NCBI GenBank assembly: GCA_041659405.1
Contig: JBAZYK010000003.1
Coordinates: 30,001 to 62,000, forward strand
DNA length: 32,000 nucleotides
Direction: 5' to 3'
Source of the DNA: Candidatus Altimarinota bacterium
GTDB taxonomy: Bacteria > Patescibacteriota > Gracilibacteria > UBA1369
Shown: one piece after another, positions 16,032-25,390 of the stretch
Position numbering within the stretch: position 1 is the stretch's first letter
Layout: each line of letters begins with the position of its first letter
The notes under the pieces: generated by a model
The model's database searches: none
What the model was told of the DNA's origin: nothing
Seen by the model: only the letters and a program-made list of their open reading frames with translations
Translations under genes and position numbers: made by a program

Positions 16032-16292
16032 TCAAGCTACTTTCCCCCATGTTTCCTTAACTTTATCGATTTTCTTGGCATCGTTCAAATCAGCATCATT
16101 GATGTAATCCTCCAAATAACCACAAGCGGAACAGATATAACAATCCAAAAAAAGCCTTGAAAAAGACAAGGGGCCACCCAAAGGAAGCAAACATCTCTGT
16201 CCTGCTTTTTGGTTTAATTTGTCGGTGTAAATTTCATTTCCACTACACTTGGGACATTTCCCTGTTTGAAGGCCGGAAGTCGGTTTGCTCAT
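16032..16292 (-). CDS. 86-aa zinc-ribbon protein
   Basis: CPKCSGNE ... CSACGYLE pairs form a single ribbon. Followed by the terminator at 15922-15957. Confidence 0.5.
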   Translation of the reverse strand: MSKPTSGLQTGKCPKCSGNEIYTDKLNQKAGQRCLLPLGGPLSFSRLFLDCYICSACGYLEDYINDADLNDAKKIDKVKETWGKVA

Positions 16293-16328
16293 TAAAAAAG
16301 AGGAATTATAAATTAAAGAGAATAATGA

Positions 16329-17096
16329 CTACTCAATCTCATACGTCACACTAACACTGACCGTCATTTCTTTGCTTCCGGACTGGATTGAAGGCGCCGA
16401 AGAAGATTCGGCAGCACCAACCTTGGCATCCATAGTAAAATTACGGTAAGGAATCACACCCGAATCCGTACTTTCGCTAAAAGTCACCACACGACCGAGT
16501 CTCACACCTGCAGCCGAAGCCATTTCTGCCGCTTTTTCTTTAGCCATGGTGAAAGCTTTTTCACGAGCCTGTTTTTTGATCGGACCGGTATCATCAATAT
16601 CAAAACTCAAACCACCAACTTCATTGGCCCCGGCCTTAACTGCGCTATCCAAAACATCATCCACACTTTCCAACTTACGCACTTTTACAGTAATCGCCTG
16701 CGTTAAATTGTATCCCAAAAACTTGCGGCCACCGGTCGTGTAATCGTAATCCGGATTTAAATCGTACTGACTTGTTAAAATATCTTTGTCCTCTACACCC
16801 AATTTTTTCATAGCACCAATAATTCCATTCATTTTTTGATTATTGTCGGCCGTAATTTGCTTGACTGTTAGCCCCTTGGAAACAACGGAAAGTTGAATTT
16901 GAGCAATATCCGGTTTAACATTTACCTTTCCATCCGCACTAACCGTAACTGTTCTTGCATAAGGCTGGCTTGTAATTTCCGCCTTAATATTTTTGAACCA
17001 GGTCGGACCAGTCATTTGCCAAATCATGACCACCATGGCCATCAGCAAAAACAGGCTTCCACTATAGTAAATAAACCGTTTTGGATCTTTTTCCAT
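16329..17096 (-). CDS. SIMPL (DUF541) domain protein, N-terminally membrane-anchored
   Basis: N-terminal TM (YYSGSLFLLMAMVVMIW), then VTVSADGKVNVKPDIAQIQLSVVSKGLTVKQ...MKKLGVEDKDILTSQYDLNPDY, typical of the 26-kDa periplasmic immunogenic protein family. Confidence 0.8.
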   Translation of the reverse strand: MEKDPKRFIYYSGSLFLLMAMVVMIWQMTGPTWFKNIKAEITSQPYARTVTVSADGKVNVKPDIAQIQLSVVSKGLTVKQITADNNQKMNGIIGAMKKLGVEDKDILTSQYDLNPDYDYTTGGRKFLGYNLTQAITVKVRKLESVDDVLDSAVKAGANEVGGLSFDIDDTGPIKKQAREKAFTMAKEKAAEMASAAGVRLGRVVTFSESTDSGVIPYRNFTMDAKVGAAESSSAPSIQSGSKEMTVSVSVTYEIE

Positions 17097-17226
17097 AATT
17101 TTGGGGAATTAGGAGATAAACAAACACCGAGCATTGTATAACAACTTCACACATTTCATTACCAAGATAATCTGGACAAAAACGCAATTTTTTGCTTTAA
17201 TAGCGATCCGTTTTAACAAAACACCC

Positions 17227-17958
17227 ATGAGTTATTTGATACAAAAAGGAACCACCATAACAGATATGGCCCTCGACGCAGACATAGAAGAAGATGATGA
17301 TGGTCTTCGCAATCAACTTGATATAATTTTCGAAGGAGAATCCCCAAAACCTTATCCGGATGAAAGTGTACTCAGCAACAGCCATTTCTATTTAGCGCTC
17401 ACCCTCGATCGATACAAAAAACTTGCTCCTTTTATTTGCAAAACATTAGCCCAATTTGAAAATTTCGAGGAACTCGCAAAATGTGTTGATGAAAAAAAGA
17501 AACCCCGTTTTAGATTTCTTAAAAAGATAATAACTTTATTATCCCAAATTCAGGATCCAAAAATCAGGCAAGCTACCTATGAAGCCTTAAAAAAGGAAGC
17601 TGGCATAACATTACGAATACACTCAACCCGTGCCGCGATTCTAGAATCTTCAATACCTCAAGATGAACTATCAAATATGACTGATTCTGAAAGCCGGGAC
17701 ATAGAAATCGAAAAAGAACTTACCGTCCTGCTTTTTACCTGGATTTCCAAAGCGGACACTCGGGAAGATAAAGCAAAGACCCAGCTATTTTTCCGGACAC
17801 CAAACTATATTTATTTCAAACTTCTGATCAAAACACATCATCGGATTGAAGAAGATGAATTATTACAAGAAATCCTGGAAAAATTAAATTCAATTTCTTC
17901 ACCGGAAAAACAACAAGAAATTTTTGACCGCCTGCACAAGACCAATTGCATTTCCTAA
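17227..17958 (+). CDS. hypothetical acidic/helical protein (ORF opens at 17134; ATG at 17227 preferred)
   Basis: Long ORF with no motif recognised. The first 31 codons from 17134 look like non-coding upstream sequence. Confidence 0.5.
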   Translation: MSYLIQKGTTITDMALDADIEEDDDGLRNQLDIIFEGESPKPYPDESVLSNSHFYLALTLDRYKKLAPFICKTLAQFENFEELAKCVDEKKKPRFRFLKKIITLLSQIQDPKIRQATYEALKKEAGITLRIHSTRAAILESSIPQDELSNMTDSESRDIEIEKELTVLLFTWISKADTREDKAKTQLFFRTPNYIYFKLLIKTHHRIEEDELLQEILEKLNSISSPEKQQEIFDRLHKTNCIS

Positions 17959-18032
17959 AAACATCCCTCTTCACTTAAGCTGGCAAAATGCAAAGAGCAT
18001 GCTAGGATAGTGCTGCTCTTAATACGCTTATC

Positions 18033-19319
18033 ATGATCGATCTAAAACTTCTCACCGAACAACCGGAAAAAACCAAAAAGGCCATTTATAAGAAGACTCA
18101 CTACAAAGGCGATCTGGATTCAATTATCAAAATGAATCAGGAACGTCTGACTTTGATGCGTGAAATTGAAACGCTTAAAGCCAGCCAAAATCGCATTTCC
18201 AAAGAAATCCCCAAAGCAACCACAGAAGCAAAAGAAAAGCTTTTAACGGAAAGCAAACAAACCAAAGAACAACTTAAAGAGCTTGAACCTAAGTTGGATG
18301 CCCTAAAAGCCAAGCTGGACAGCGAACTTATTATGGTCCCAAATCCAACTTTGGATTCCGTTCCGGAAGGCAAAGACGAAAGCGGCAATGTTGTTGTAAA
18401 AACCGTCGGCAAGAAGCCGGAGTTTGATTTTGAGCCGCTGGATCACATCACAATCGGCAAAAAACACGATTTAATTGATATGGAAACGGCTACATCCATG
18501 GCCGGAGCCCGCTTCTATTACCTGAAAAACGAAGCTGTTATGCTGGAATTCGCGCTGATCCAGTTCATCATGGAAAAACTGATGAAGAAAGGTTTTAAAC
18601 CTGTAATTCCTCCGGTTTTGGTAAAAGAGAAAGCGATGTATGCCACCGGTTTTTTCCCTGCAGATCGCAACGAAATCTATCAGGTTAATCCAAAAACCAC
18701 AGAAAACCCTGAAAATGACGACCTTTATCTGGTTGGAACTTCGGAAGTGCCACTTTGCATGCTTCACGCCGACCAAATCCTGCCTGCGGAAAAGTTGCCT
18801 TTAAGATATATGGGATTTTCCACCTGTTTCCGTCGCGAGGCCGGCAGTTACGGCAAAGATACCCACGGAATTATTCGTGTGCACCAGTTTGATAAGATCG
18901 AAATGTTTAGTTTCTGCGATCCTTCCAAATCCGAAGCAGAACATGAATTGATCCGCTCGATGGAAGAAGAAATCATGACCGATTTGGGCTTTCACTTTCA
19001 GGTTTTAAACATGTGTGGAGGCGATTTAGGCAATCCTGCAGCCAAAAAGTACGATATAGAAGTCTGGATTCCAACCCAGGGCAAATTCCGCGAATTAACC
19101 AGCTGTAGTAACTGCACCGATTATCAGGCAAGACGCGCCAACATTAGGTTGACAAATGGCAAGGAGAATGTTACATTACATACTCTTAACGGCACCGCCG
19201 TAGCCGTTGCAAGAACTTTGGTAGCCATTTTAGAGAACTATCAGCAAAAAGACGGAACCGTGGCAATTCCAAAAGTCCTAATACCTTACATGCACGGCAA
19301 AACCTTTATTGGTAAATAA
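18033..19319 (+). CDS. serS: seryl-tRNA synthetase
   Basis: N-terminal coiled-coil arm, class II motifs (FRREAGS, RVHQFDKIEMF) and TLNGTAVAVARTLVAILENYQ. Confidence 0.95.
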   Translation: MIDLKLLTEQPEKTKKAIYKKTHYKGDLDSIIKMNQERLTLMREIETLKASQNRISKEIPKATTEAKEKLLTESKQTKEQLKELEPKLDALKAKLDSELIMVPNPTLDSVPEGKDESGNVVVKTVGKKPEFDFEPLDHITIGKKHDLIDMETATSMAGARFYYLKNEAVMLEFALIQFIMEKLMKKGFKPVIPPVLVKEKAMYATGFFPADRNEIYQVNPKTTENPENDDLYLVGTSEVPLCMLHADQILPAEKLPLRYMGFSTCFRREAGSYGKDTHGIIRVHQFDKIEMFSFCDPSKSEAEHELIRSMEEEIMTDLGFHFQVLNMCGGDLGNPAAKKYDIEVWIPTQGKFRELTSCSNCTDYQARRANIRLTNGKENVTLHTLNGTAVAVARTLVAILENYQQKDGTVAIPKVLIPYMHGKTFIGK

Positions 19320-19324
19320 CCTTT

Positions 19325-19684
19325 ATGTCCGAACTAAGCCCAGAACAAGAAGACATCGCCACACTGAATCACAGTGGTATAAGAACAAAAGAGCACACCC
19401 CAACAACCTCTACAGAAAAGATTCAAAATATTATTGCCGTTGCCCTGTTTGCAACAGGGGTTATAGGAACAGGTTATTTGATGAAAAAACAATATAGTGA
19501 AATATCGGATTTGGCAGATAAAGGATCATGCGCAGCCGTCAGGGAAAATTGCCAACGCAAACTACCCGACCAAATTTCAGCTAAACAGGCCCGGGAAAGA
19601 ATTACTGACTGTGTAGAAGAAACCAGTCCTCAATTAAACCGCATAAGAACAAGAAAAAACCTTCCACCAATGAATTGCCAATAA
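19325..19684 (+). CDS. hypothetical single-TM protein with four Cys in the C-terminal domain
   Basis: Starts 5 nt after serS. TM segment IIAVALFATGVIGTGYLM. Confidence 0.45.
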   Translation: MSELSPEQEDIATLNHSGIRTKEHTPTTSTEKIQNIIAVALFATGVIGTGYLMKKQYSEISDLADKGSCAAVRENCQRKLPDQISAKQARERITDCVEETSPQLNRIRTRKNLPPMNCQ

Positions 19685-19717
19685 ATTGCGATAACGAATA
19701 ATCTTTTCAGCCTAAAG

Positions 19718-19969
19718 ATGAACCTTCCAGAAGACAAGAAGATGCCCCCAGGCTTAAACATCCCAATCAAAAGCAACCCGCTTCCAATCCTGGATTGCAC
19801 CCGTTTAGGTTTACGTCCTCTCGAGATACCTGGAAACCACGATATGGCAATTTTTGTTGCCATAAGCGCTGCAGCCATTGCGGCAACGATGGCCTTTGTT
19901 GACCCGGCCCCCTCTTCGCCGGAAACACAACCAAACCCACCTTCTGCGGCCCATTCAGCCAAAAAGTAA
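19718..19969 (+). CDS. questionable hypothetical 83-aa protein with one hydrophobic segment
   Basis: It fits the co-directional gap and its codon choices (CCA, CTT, AAA) resemble local genes. A 126-aa antisense ORF (19630..20010) competes, so the call is unresolved. Confidence 0.3.
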   Translation: MNLPEDKKMPPGLNIPIKSNPLPILDCTRLGLRPLEIPGNHDMAIFVAISAAAIAATMAFVDPAPSSPETQPNPPSAAHSAKK

Positions 19970-20015
19970 CCAAAATCCAGTCCCATAACACCAAACTTCC
20001 CCCCCATCAAGACCC

Positions 20016-20045
20016 TTGCAAAAAGAGTCCTTTTTATGGTAGAAT
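20016..20045 (+). promoter_or_regulatory. promoter TTGCAA-18-(TGg)TAGAAT with extended -10
   Basis: -35 at 20016-20021, TG at 20037-20038 and -10 at 20040-20045, about 27 nt upstream of the ATG at 20072. Confidence 0.45.
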
Positions 20046-20071
20046 AAGGCGAAAACTTAAATCAAAACCAA

Positions 20072-20869
20072 ATGCTTGTTCTTTCTACAGACACATTAAG
20101 AGGATACGGTCTTAACCGCATTTTTAACTTCATTAAGCTGGCTGACTACGCCGGAGTTGATTTGGCGATTGATCCAAAAAACTTCGATACCCAAAATACC
20201 GAGTATATTAAGTCCCTTTCGGAGCAGTACGATTTGCCAATTACCGCAATTCAAACTCCTCCAAACGCCAACGCGCACAAAATTCAGGAAGCGGTAAAAA
20301 TGGCCAAAGAACTGGACTGCAAAATTATTGTAATTCAACCACCACGCATTTTTGATTTCAAATACATCACATGGCTCAAAAACGAAATTCCCAAGATTCG
20401 TCAAAAGGAAAATATTTCGATTGCGCTGGAAAACGCCTCTTCGGAAACTTTCCTTGGGATTATTCCCGAACACGCCATGGGCAACATTATTGAAATGAAA
20501 AAATTCAAGCACGCCTGTATTGATACAACCCGTGTCGCTCAAAAAAAAGATGACCTGATCCGTGTTTATAAAGCTCTAAAAAAATTCCTGGTTCACGTTC
20601 ATTTATCAAATGTAAAAACCGGAAAACAATATTACCTTCCTCAAGAAGGAATCTTGCCTTTGGAAAGCTTTTTGACCAAGTTGAAGCAGGAAAATTACGC
20701 AGGCAATGTTTCGCTCAAGGTAAATCCAAAATTTTTAGCCTGCGGTGAAGACGAAAAAATTCTAAAGTCATTAAAAGAAGTTAAACTTTTCTACGATACC
20801 TATTTCACCAACGTCAAAGTTATGCCAACAAGCATAACCGACGAGGAGGATACAAAAGAGGCAAAATAG
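20072..20869 (+). CDS. xylose-isomerase-like TIM-barrel protein (sugar phosphate isomerase/epimerase family)
   Basis: Alternating beta/alpha pattern with ISIALEN, ACIDTTR and HVHLSN metal-ligand-like blocks. The length is typical. Confidence 0.6.
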   Translation: MLVLSTDTLRGYGLNRIFNFIKLADYAGVDLAIDPKNFDTQNTEYIKSLSEQYDLPITAIQTPPNANAHKIQEAVKMAKELDCKIIVIQPPRIFDFKYITWLKNEIPKIRQKENISIALENASSETFLGIIPEHAMGNIIEMKKFKHACIDTTRVAQKKDDLIRVYKALKKFLVHVHLSNVKTGKQYYLPQEGILPLESFLTKLKQENYAGNVSLKVNPKFLACGEDEKILKSLKEVKLFYDTYFTNVKVMPTSITDEEDTKEAK

Positions 20870-20871
20870 AT

Positions 20872-20899
20872 TTGACACAGCGTTTTTTTCAGATAGAAT
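20872..20899 (+). promoter_or_regulatory. promoter TTGACA-16-TAGAAT upstream of rpoB
   Basis: Consensus -35 at 20872-20877 and -10 at 20894-20899. This leaves a leader of about 130 nt, with small hairpins (GCTCT-GTTTTT-AGAGC; CCGG-TAAGGA-CCGG), before the ATG at 21037. Confidence 0.6.
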
Positions 20900-21036
20900 G
20901 TCTTAGCTATCAGATTTTTGCTCTGTTTTTAGAGCGAGCTTGTGTTGTGGAAGATAGTAAAAGTCACCGGTAAGGACCGGAAAGCCTTTATATAAGGCAA
21001 AAACGACTTACGCTAACTTCTTCACTTTTTTCAAAT

Positions 21037-24000
21037 ATGGCTCCAAAAAAAGTCAAAGCTAAAAAAGGCGCTCCTGCAAAGAAGGCCAAATTTACCAAAC
21101 CTGCCAAAAAGGTAAAGGTTAATTCAGCCAAGCCAAAAAAAGGAGCTAAGCCTTTTAAGAAACTTGTTGCATCTATTAAAAAATCTTTAACTAAACCCGT
21201 AATGAAATCTAAGCCAAAGGCGTCGGCTAAACCTGCCAAGGCAAAGGTCAAAAAGACCCCAGCTAAAGCAGCGTCCAAGCCAACAAAAAAAGTAGTCGTA
21301 GCTAAAAAAGCAGTTCCGGTTGCTAAAAAACCGGTAGTAAAAGCTCCGGTCAAGGCAATCAAACCGGTTAAAAAAGAGACACCAGCTCCTACAAAAGCTG
21401 TAAAAGCAACCCCTAAGGCACCTGAAAAAGCCCCTGTAGAAGCCGCAAAAGCTCCCGCAGAAGCTCCAAAAAGAAACGCCTTCACCTCCGGATATAAAGC
21501 CGGCGGATTAAAATTTGCGAACAGAAACCACACAAAAGCTTCCAATGCTCCAAAAACACCAAAAGAAGAAGAGCGTTATCAGGCTCAACAAGTAGTGGTA
21601 AGAGCATCACAGGAAAAAGTTGGAAAAGCTGTAGCAAAAATGAAGGCAAGCTATTCCATGTCCGAAGAAATTTCCAAGATCCTTCCAAAGGAAAACATCA
21701 TCATGAAGGAAGCTAGCAATCGTAAATATTACGCTCCCCGCCTGGATCAAAACGTAGTTCTTCCAAATTTGATTGAAATTCAGATCGATTCTTATCGCTG
21801 GTTTTTGGAAGATGGTATCCGTGAACTTTTGGACGAAATCACTCCTATTACAGACTTTTCCGGCAAGAAACTTGAACTTCACTTTTTAGAGCATTCCATA
21901 GGTGAACCAAAATACGATGCGGAAACCTGCAAATCCAAGAACATGACCTACGAAGCTCCATTAAAAGTTCACGTTCAACTTATCAATAAAGAATCCGGTG
22001 AAATTAAAGAACAGGACGTTTTCTTGGGCGGAATCCCACTTATGACCAACAAAGGTACATTTATTATCAATGGTATTGAACGTGTTGTGGTTTCTCAGCT
22101 CGTTCGTTCCCCTGGTGTATTTTTCTCTAAAAATGCGCTTTCCATTGAATATAATAACGCCAAAATTATTCCAAAACGTGGTGCCTGGTTGGAAATTGAA
22201 ACCGACAAAAAGGGCATCATCACGGTTAAAATTGACCGTAAACGCAAAATTCACATCACTTCCCTACTCCGTGTATTTGGATACAAAACCGATACTGAAA
22301 TTCTTGAACTTTTCAAAGACGTTTTAAAGCCTGAAAAAAACTTCATTCTTAGCACTTTGGAAAAAGACAGTGCCAAGACCGAAGATGAGGCTTACCAAAG
22401 CATTTATCGCAAGATTCGTCCCGGTGACCTTGCCACTCCGGAAAATGCAAAATCATTGATCCAATCAATGTTTTTTGACTATCGTAAATATGATATGGGT
22501 CCGGTTGCCCGTTACAAGTTGAACAAGCGTTTTCAAATTGATGTCCCAAACAATAAAAACTATCACACTTTCCAGGTTAAAGATCTTGTTGAAATCCTTA
22601 GATACCTCATTCGTCTAAACAACGCCGAGCTTCAACCGGATGATATTGATCATCTTAGTAATCGCCGTATTCGTGCCGTTGGTGAACTTGTTCAAAACAA
22701 ATTCCGCGTTGGTTTACTCCGCACCGATCGTATCGCTAAAGATCGCATGACAGTGATGGATCTTGAAACGGTAACTCCTACACAACTTATCAACTCCCGT
22801 CCAATTACAGCAGCCCTCCGTGAATTCTATGCAAGTTCTCAACTTTCACAGTTCATGGATCAAACCAATCCATTGGCAGAATTGGCTCACAAACGTCGTC
22901 TTTCCGCCATGGGTCCGGGTGGTCTTTCCCGTGAACGTGCTTCGTTTGATGTACGTGACGTGCATCCTTCCCATTATGGCCGTATTTGTCCAATCGCCAC
23001 ACCTGAAGGTCCAAACATTGGTCTAGTAGTGCATTTGGCAACTTATGCCCGCGTAAATAAATATGGTTTCATTGAAACTCCATTCCGTGAAGTTTCTCAT
23101 ATCTGTGTAAACAAAGCCAAGGAATTGACCGGCCGCACAATCACTGAAAATGTTATCAATCCAAAAAACAAGAAGGTTGTGGCTAAAGCCGGAACCAAAA
23201 TCGACGAAAAACTCGCCAAAGAAATTGAAAAGCTTGATCTGGAAAAAATTGCAGTTAGACCTCACATCACCAGCAGCGTTCGTTATTACGATGCCGATGA
23301 AGAAAAAGGCTTAACAATTGCTCAAGCCAACACCCCACTGGGCGAAAAAGGTGAAATCATTGCTTCACAGGCTTCCGCCCGTATCAATAGCGAACCAACC
23401 CTCGCCCATACGGAAGATATTACTCATATTGATATCTCTCCAAAACAGATTATTTCAGAAACTACAGCCCTAATTCCGTTCTTGGAACATGATGATAATA
23501 CCCGTGCTTCCATGGGTTCAAACATGCAACGTCAGGCAGTATCTTTGATTTGCCCAACCGCTCCGGTAGTTGGAACAGGTATGGAAGAAATCGTGGCAAA
23601 AAGCTCCGGACAAGTAACTTTGGCCGAAGATAACGGTATCGTTTCCTATGTTGATGCCGACATGGTTACGGTTATCTATGACAATGGTAAAAAAGCGACT
23701 TACAAATTACAAACTTATGAACGCAGCAATCAGGGAACATGTATCCACCAACGTGCCCGTGTAACCAAAGCTCAACGCATAACCCGTGGTGATGTACTTG
23801 CGGATGGCGCGGCAACCGAAAATGGTGAACTTGCGCTTGGTCGCAACCTGCTCGTAGCTTACGTCGCATGGCAGGGTTACAACTTTGAAGATGCTGTAAT
23901 TATTTCCGATCGTGTTGTGAAGAATGGCTATTTTGATTCCGTACATATCGAAACATTCACAATGGATGTACGCGATACAAAACTTGGGCCTGAAATTATC

Positions 24001-25368
24001 ACCCGTGATATTCCAAACGTTGGTGAAGCAAGACTTAAAGATCTCGATGACGAAGGTATCGTTCGCATTGGTGCAACCGTACATGAAGGCGACATTCTTG
24101 TTGGTAAAATTACTCCAAAAGGTGAAACCGAGCTTACCGCGGAAGAAAGACTTTTACGCGCTATCTTCGGCGACAAAGCCCGTGATGTTAAAGATACTTC
24201 CTTACGTCTTCCGGGTGGAGAAGGTGGAAAAATCGTTGGAATCCAGGTTTTCTCACGCAAAAATAATGATGAACTTTCAAACGGTGTTAACCAACAAATT
24301 AGAGTTAGTGTAGCTCAAACCCGTAAGATTTCCATTGGTGATAAAGTTGCCGGACGCCATGGTAACAAAGGTGTCATCTCTATAATCGTTCCTGCAGAAG
24401 ACATGCCATTTTTACCGGATGGAACCAGCGTTGATATCGTTTTGAATCCACTTGGTGTATCCAGTCGTATGAACATTGGTCAGATTTTGGAGACACACGC
24501 AGGTTGGGCCGCTCAAAAAATGGGCATCAAGGTTGCTACTCCGGCTTTGAATGGTATTACCACCGATCAAATTACCGGAATGTTGAAAGAAGCTAAATTA
24601 CCTGAAGATGGTAAACTTCAACTTTATGATGGTCTAAGCGGTGAACCGTTTGATCACAAATCAACAGTGGGTATTACCTACATCATGAAACTGAGCCATT
24701 TGATTGAAGATAAGATCCATGCTCGTTCCGTAGGGCCATACTCTCTTGTTACTCAACAGCCACTTGGAGGTAAAGCACAACATGGAGGTCAGCGTTTTGG
24801 TGAAATGGAAGTTTGGGCACTTGAAGCCTATGGTGCAGCCCACACTTTGCAGGAAATGCTTACAATTAAATCTGATGATGTTTACGGCCGTGCAAAAGCC
24901 TACGAGGCAATTGTAAAAGGCGAACCAATCAGAAAACCACGTACTCCGGAATCCTTCAACGTATTGGTTAAAGAACTTCAAAGTTTGGGTTTGAGCGTTA
25001 AATTACAACAAACCGAACAAGCTCGTTTACTTGCCGAGGAAGACATCTACACAGCCGAGGAAAGCGAAAAAGAAGGAACAACAGTGATTAACGAAAACGA
25101 TGTTAATCGTCCACCGGTTGATCCTGAAGTTGAAAAATTGTTGGATAGTAAAGTAGAGGTAAAGGCCGCCGCAAAAGAACTGGACCAAGTTGGTGACCTG
25201 GAAGATGAAGCAAAAAAAGAACATCACGAAGAAGAAGATCCTGAAATCGATTTGGAAGATGCGGACCTTCATGAACCCGGTGACCTGGAAACACTAGCCA
25301 TAGAACCAACCGACGAAGACCTGGCCGCAGTTGAAGAAATAGTAAAAGAAATCAAAGAAGAAGAGTAA
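21037..25368 (+). CDS. rpoB: DNA-directed RNA polymerase beta subunit with Lys/Ala/Pro-rich N-terminal extension and acidic C-terminal tail
   Basis: The conserved core runs from about residue 228 (RKYYAPRLD...LPNLIEIQIDSYRWFL) through GDKVAGRHGNKGVIS, NPLGVSSRMNIGQ and GGQRFGEMEVWALEAYGAA. Residues 1-145 are AKKPxK-type repeats. The last ~120 aa are D/E-rich. Confidence 0.95.
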   Translation: MAPKKVKAKKGAPAKKAKFTKPAKKVKVNSAKPKKGAKPFKKLVASIKKSLTKPVMKSKPKASAKPAKAKVKKTPAKAASKPTKKVVVAKKAVPVAKKPVVKAPVKAIKPVKKETPAPTKAVKATPKAPEKAPVEAAKAPAEAPKRNAFTSGYKAGGLKFANRNHTKASNAPKTPKEEERYQAQQVVVRASQEKVGKAVAKMKASYSMSEEISKILPKENIIMKEASNRKYYAPRLDQNVVLPNLIEIQIDSYRWFLEDGIRELLDEITPITDFSGKKLELHFLEHSIGEPKYDAETCKSKNMTYEAPLKVHVQLINKESGEIKEQDVFLGGIPLMTNKGTFIINGIERVVVSQLVRSPGVFFSKNALSIEYNNAKIIPKRGAWLEIETDKKGIITVKIDRKRKIHITSLLRVFGYKTDTEILELFKDVLKPEKNFILSTLEKDSAKTEDEAYQSIYRKIRPGDLATPENAKSLIQSMFFDYRKYDMGPVARYKLNKRFQIDVPNNKNYHTFQVKDLVEILRYLIRLNNAELQPDDIDHLSNRRIRAVGELVQNKFRVGLLRTDRIAKDRMTVMDLETVTPTQLINSRPITAALREFYASSQLSQFMDQTNPLAELAHKRRLSAMGPGGLSRERASFDVRDVHPSHYGRICPIATPEGPNIGLVVHLATYARVNKYGFIETPFREVSHICVNKAKELTGRTITENVINPKNKKVVAKAGTKIDEKLAKEIEKLDLEKIAVRPHITSSVRYYDADEEKGLTIAQANTPLGEKGEIIASQASARINSEPTLAHTEDITHIDISPKQIISETTALIPFLEHDDNTRASMGSNMQRQAVSLICPTAPVVGTGMEEIVAKSSGQVTLAEDNGIVSYVDADMVTVIYDNGKKATYKLQTYERSNQGTCIHQRARVTKAQRITRGDVLADGAATENGELALGRNLLVAYVAWQGYNFEDAVIISDRVVKNGYFDSVHIETFTMDVRDTKLGPEIITRDIPNVGEARLKDLDDEGIVRIGATVHEGDILVGKITPKGETELTAEERLLRAIFGDKARDVKDTSLRLPGGEGGKIVGIQVFSRKNNDELSNGVNQQIRVSVAQTRKISIGDKVAGRHGNKGVISIIVPAEDMPFLPDGTSVDIVLNPLGVSSRMNIGQILETHAGWAAQKMGIKVATPALNGITTDQITGMLKEAKLPEDGKLQLYDGLSGEPFDHKSTVGITYIMKLSHLIEDKIHARSVGPYSLVTQQPLGGKAQHGGQRFGEMEVWALEAYGAAHTLQEMLTIKSDDVYGRAKAYEAIVKGEPIRKPRTPESFNVLVKELQSLGLSVKLQQTEQARLLAEEDIYTAEESEKEGTTVINENDVNRPPVDPEVEKLLDSKVEVKAAAKELDQVGDLEDEAKKEHHEEEDPEIDLEDADLHEPGDLETLAIEPTDEDLAAVEEIVKEIKEEE

Positions 25369-25390
25369 AAAAAATCATAAAAAGGATGTG

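Noticed and set aside
12123-16328. Integrative mobile element or prophage interpretation of the accessory island
   Set aside because: There is no integrase, transposase, recombinase, phage structural gene or flanking tRNA, and I could not find clear terminal direct repeats. It is better described as a non-autonomous accessory/conflict island.
19630-20010. 126-aa minus-strand Gly-rich ORF starting at TTG, a possible small membrane protein
   Set aside because: Not rejected outright but not called. It overlaps the 3' end of the 19325..19684 gene by 55 nt, uses a TTG start and competes with a co-directional 83-aa plus-strand ORF whose codon choices look more native. Sequence alone cannot decide between them.
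20988-21545. 185-aa minus-strand ORF (A/G/L/F-rich, looks like a multi-TM protein) opposite the 5' end of rpoB
   Set aside because: It is the mirror image of the Lys/Ala/Pro codon repeats (AAA/GCT/CCA read backwards as TTT/AGC/TGG). It overlaps the rpoB promoter-proximal ORF completely. Low-complexity antisense frames stay open by composition alone.
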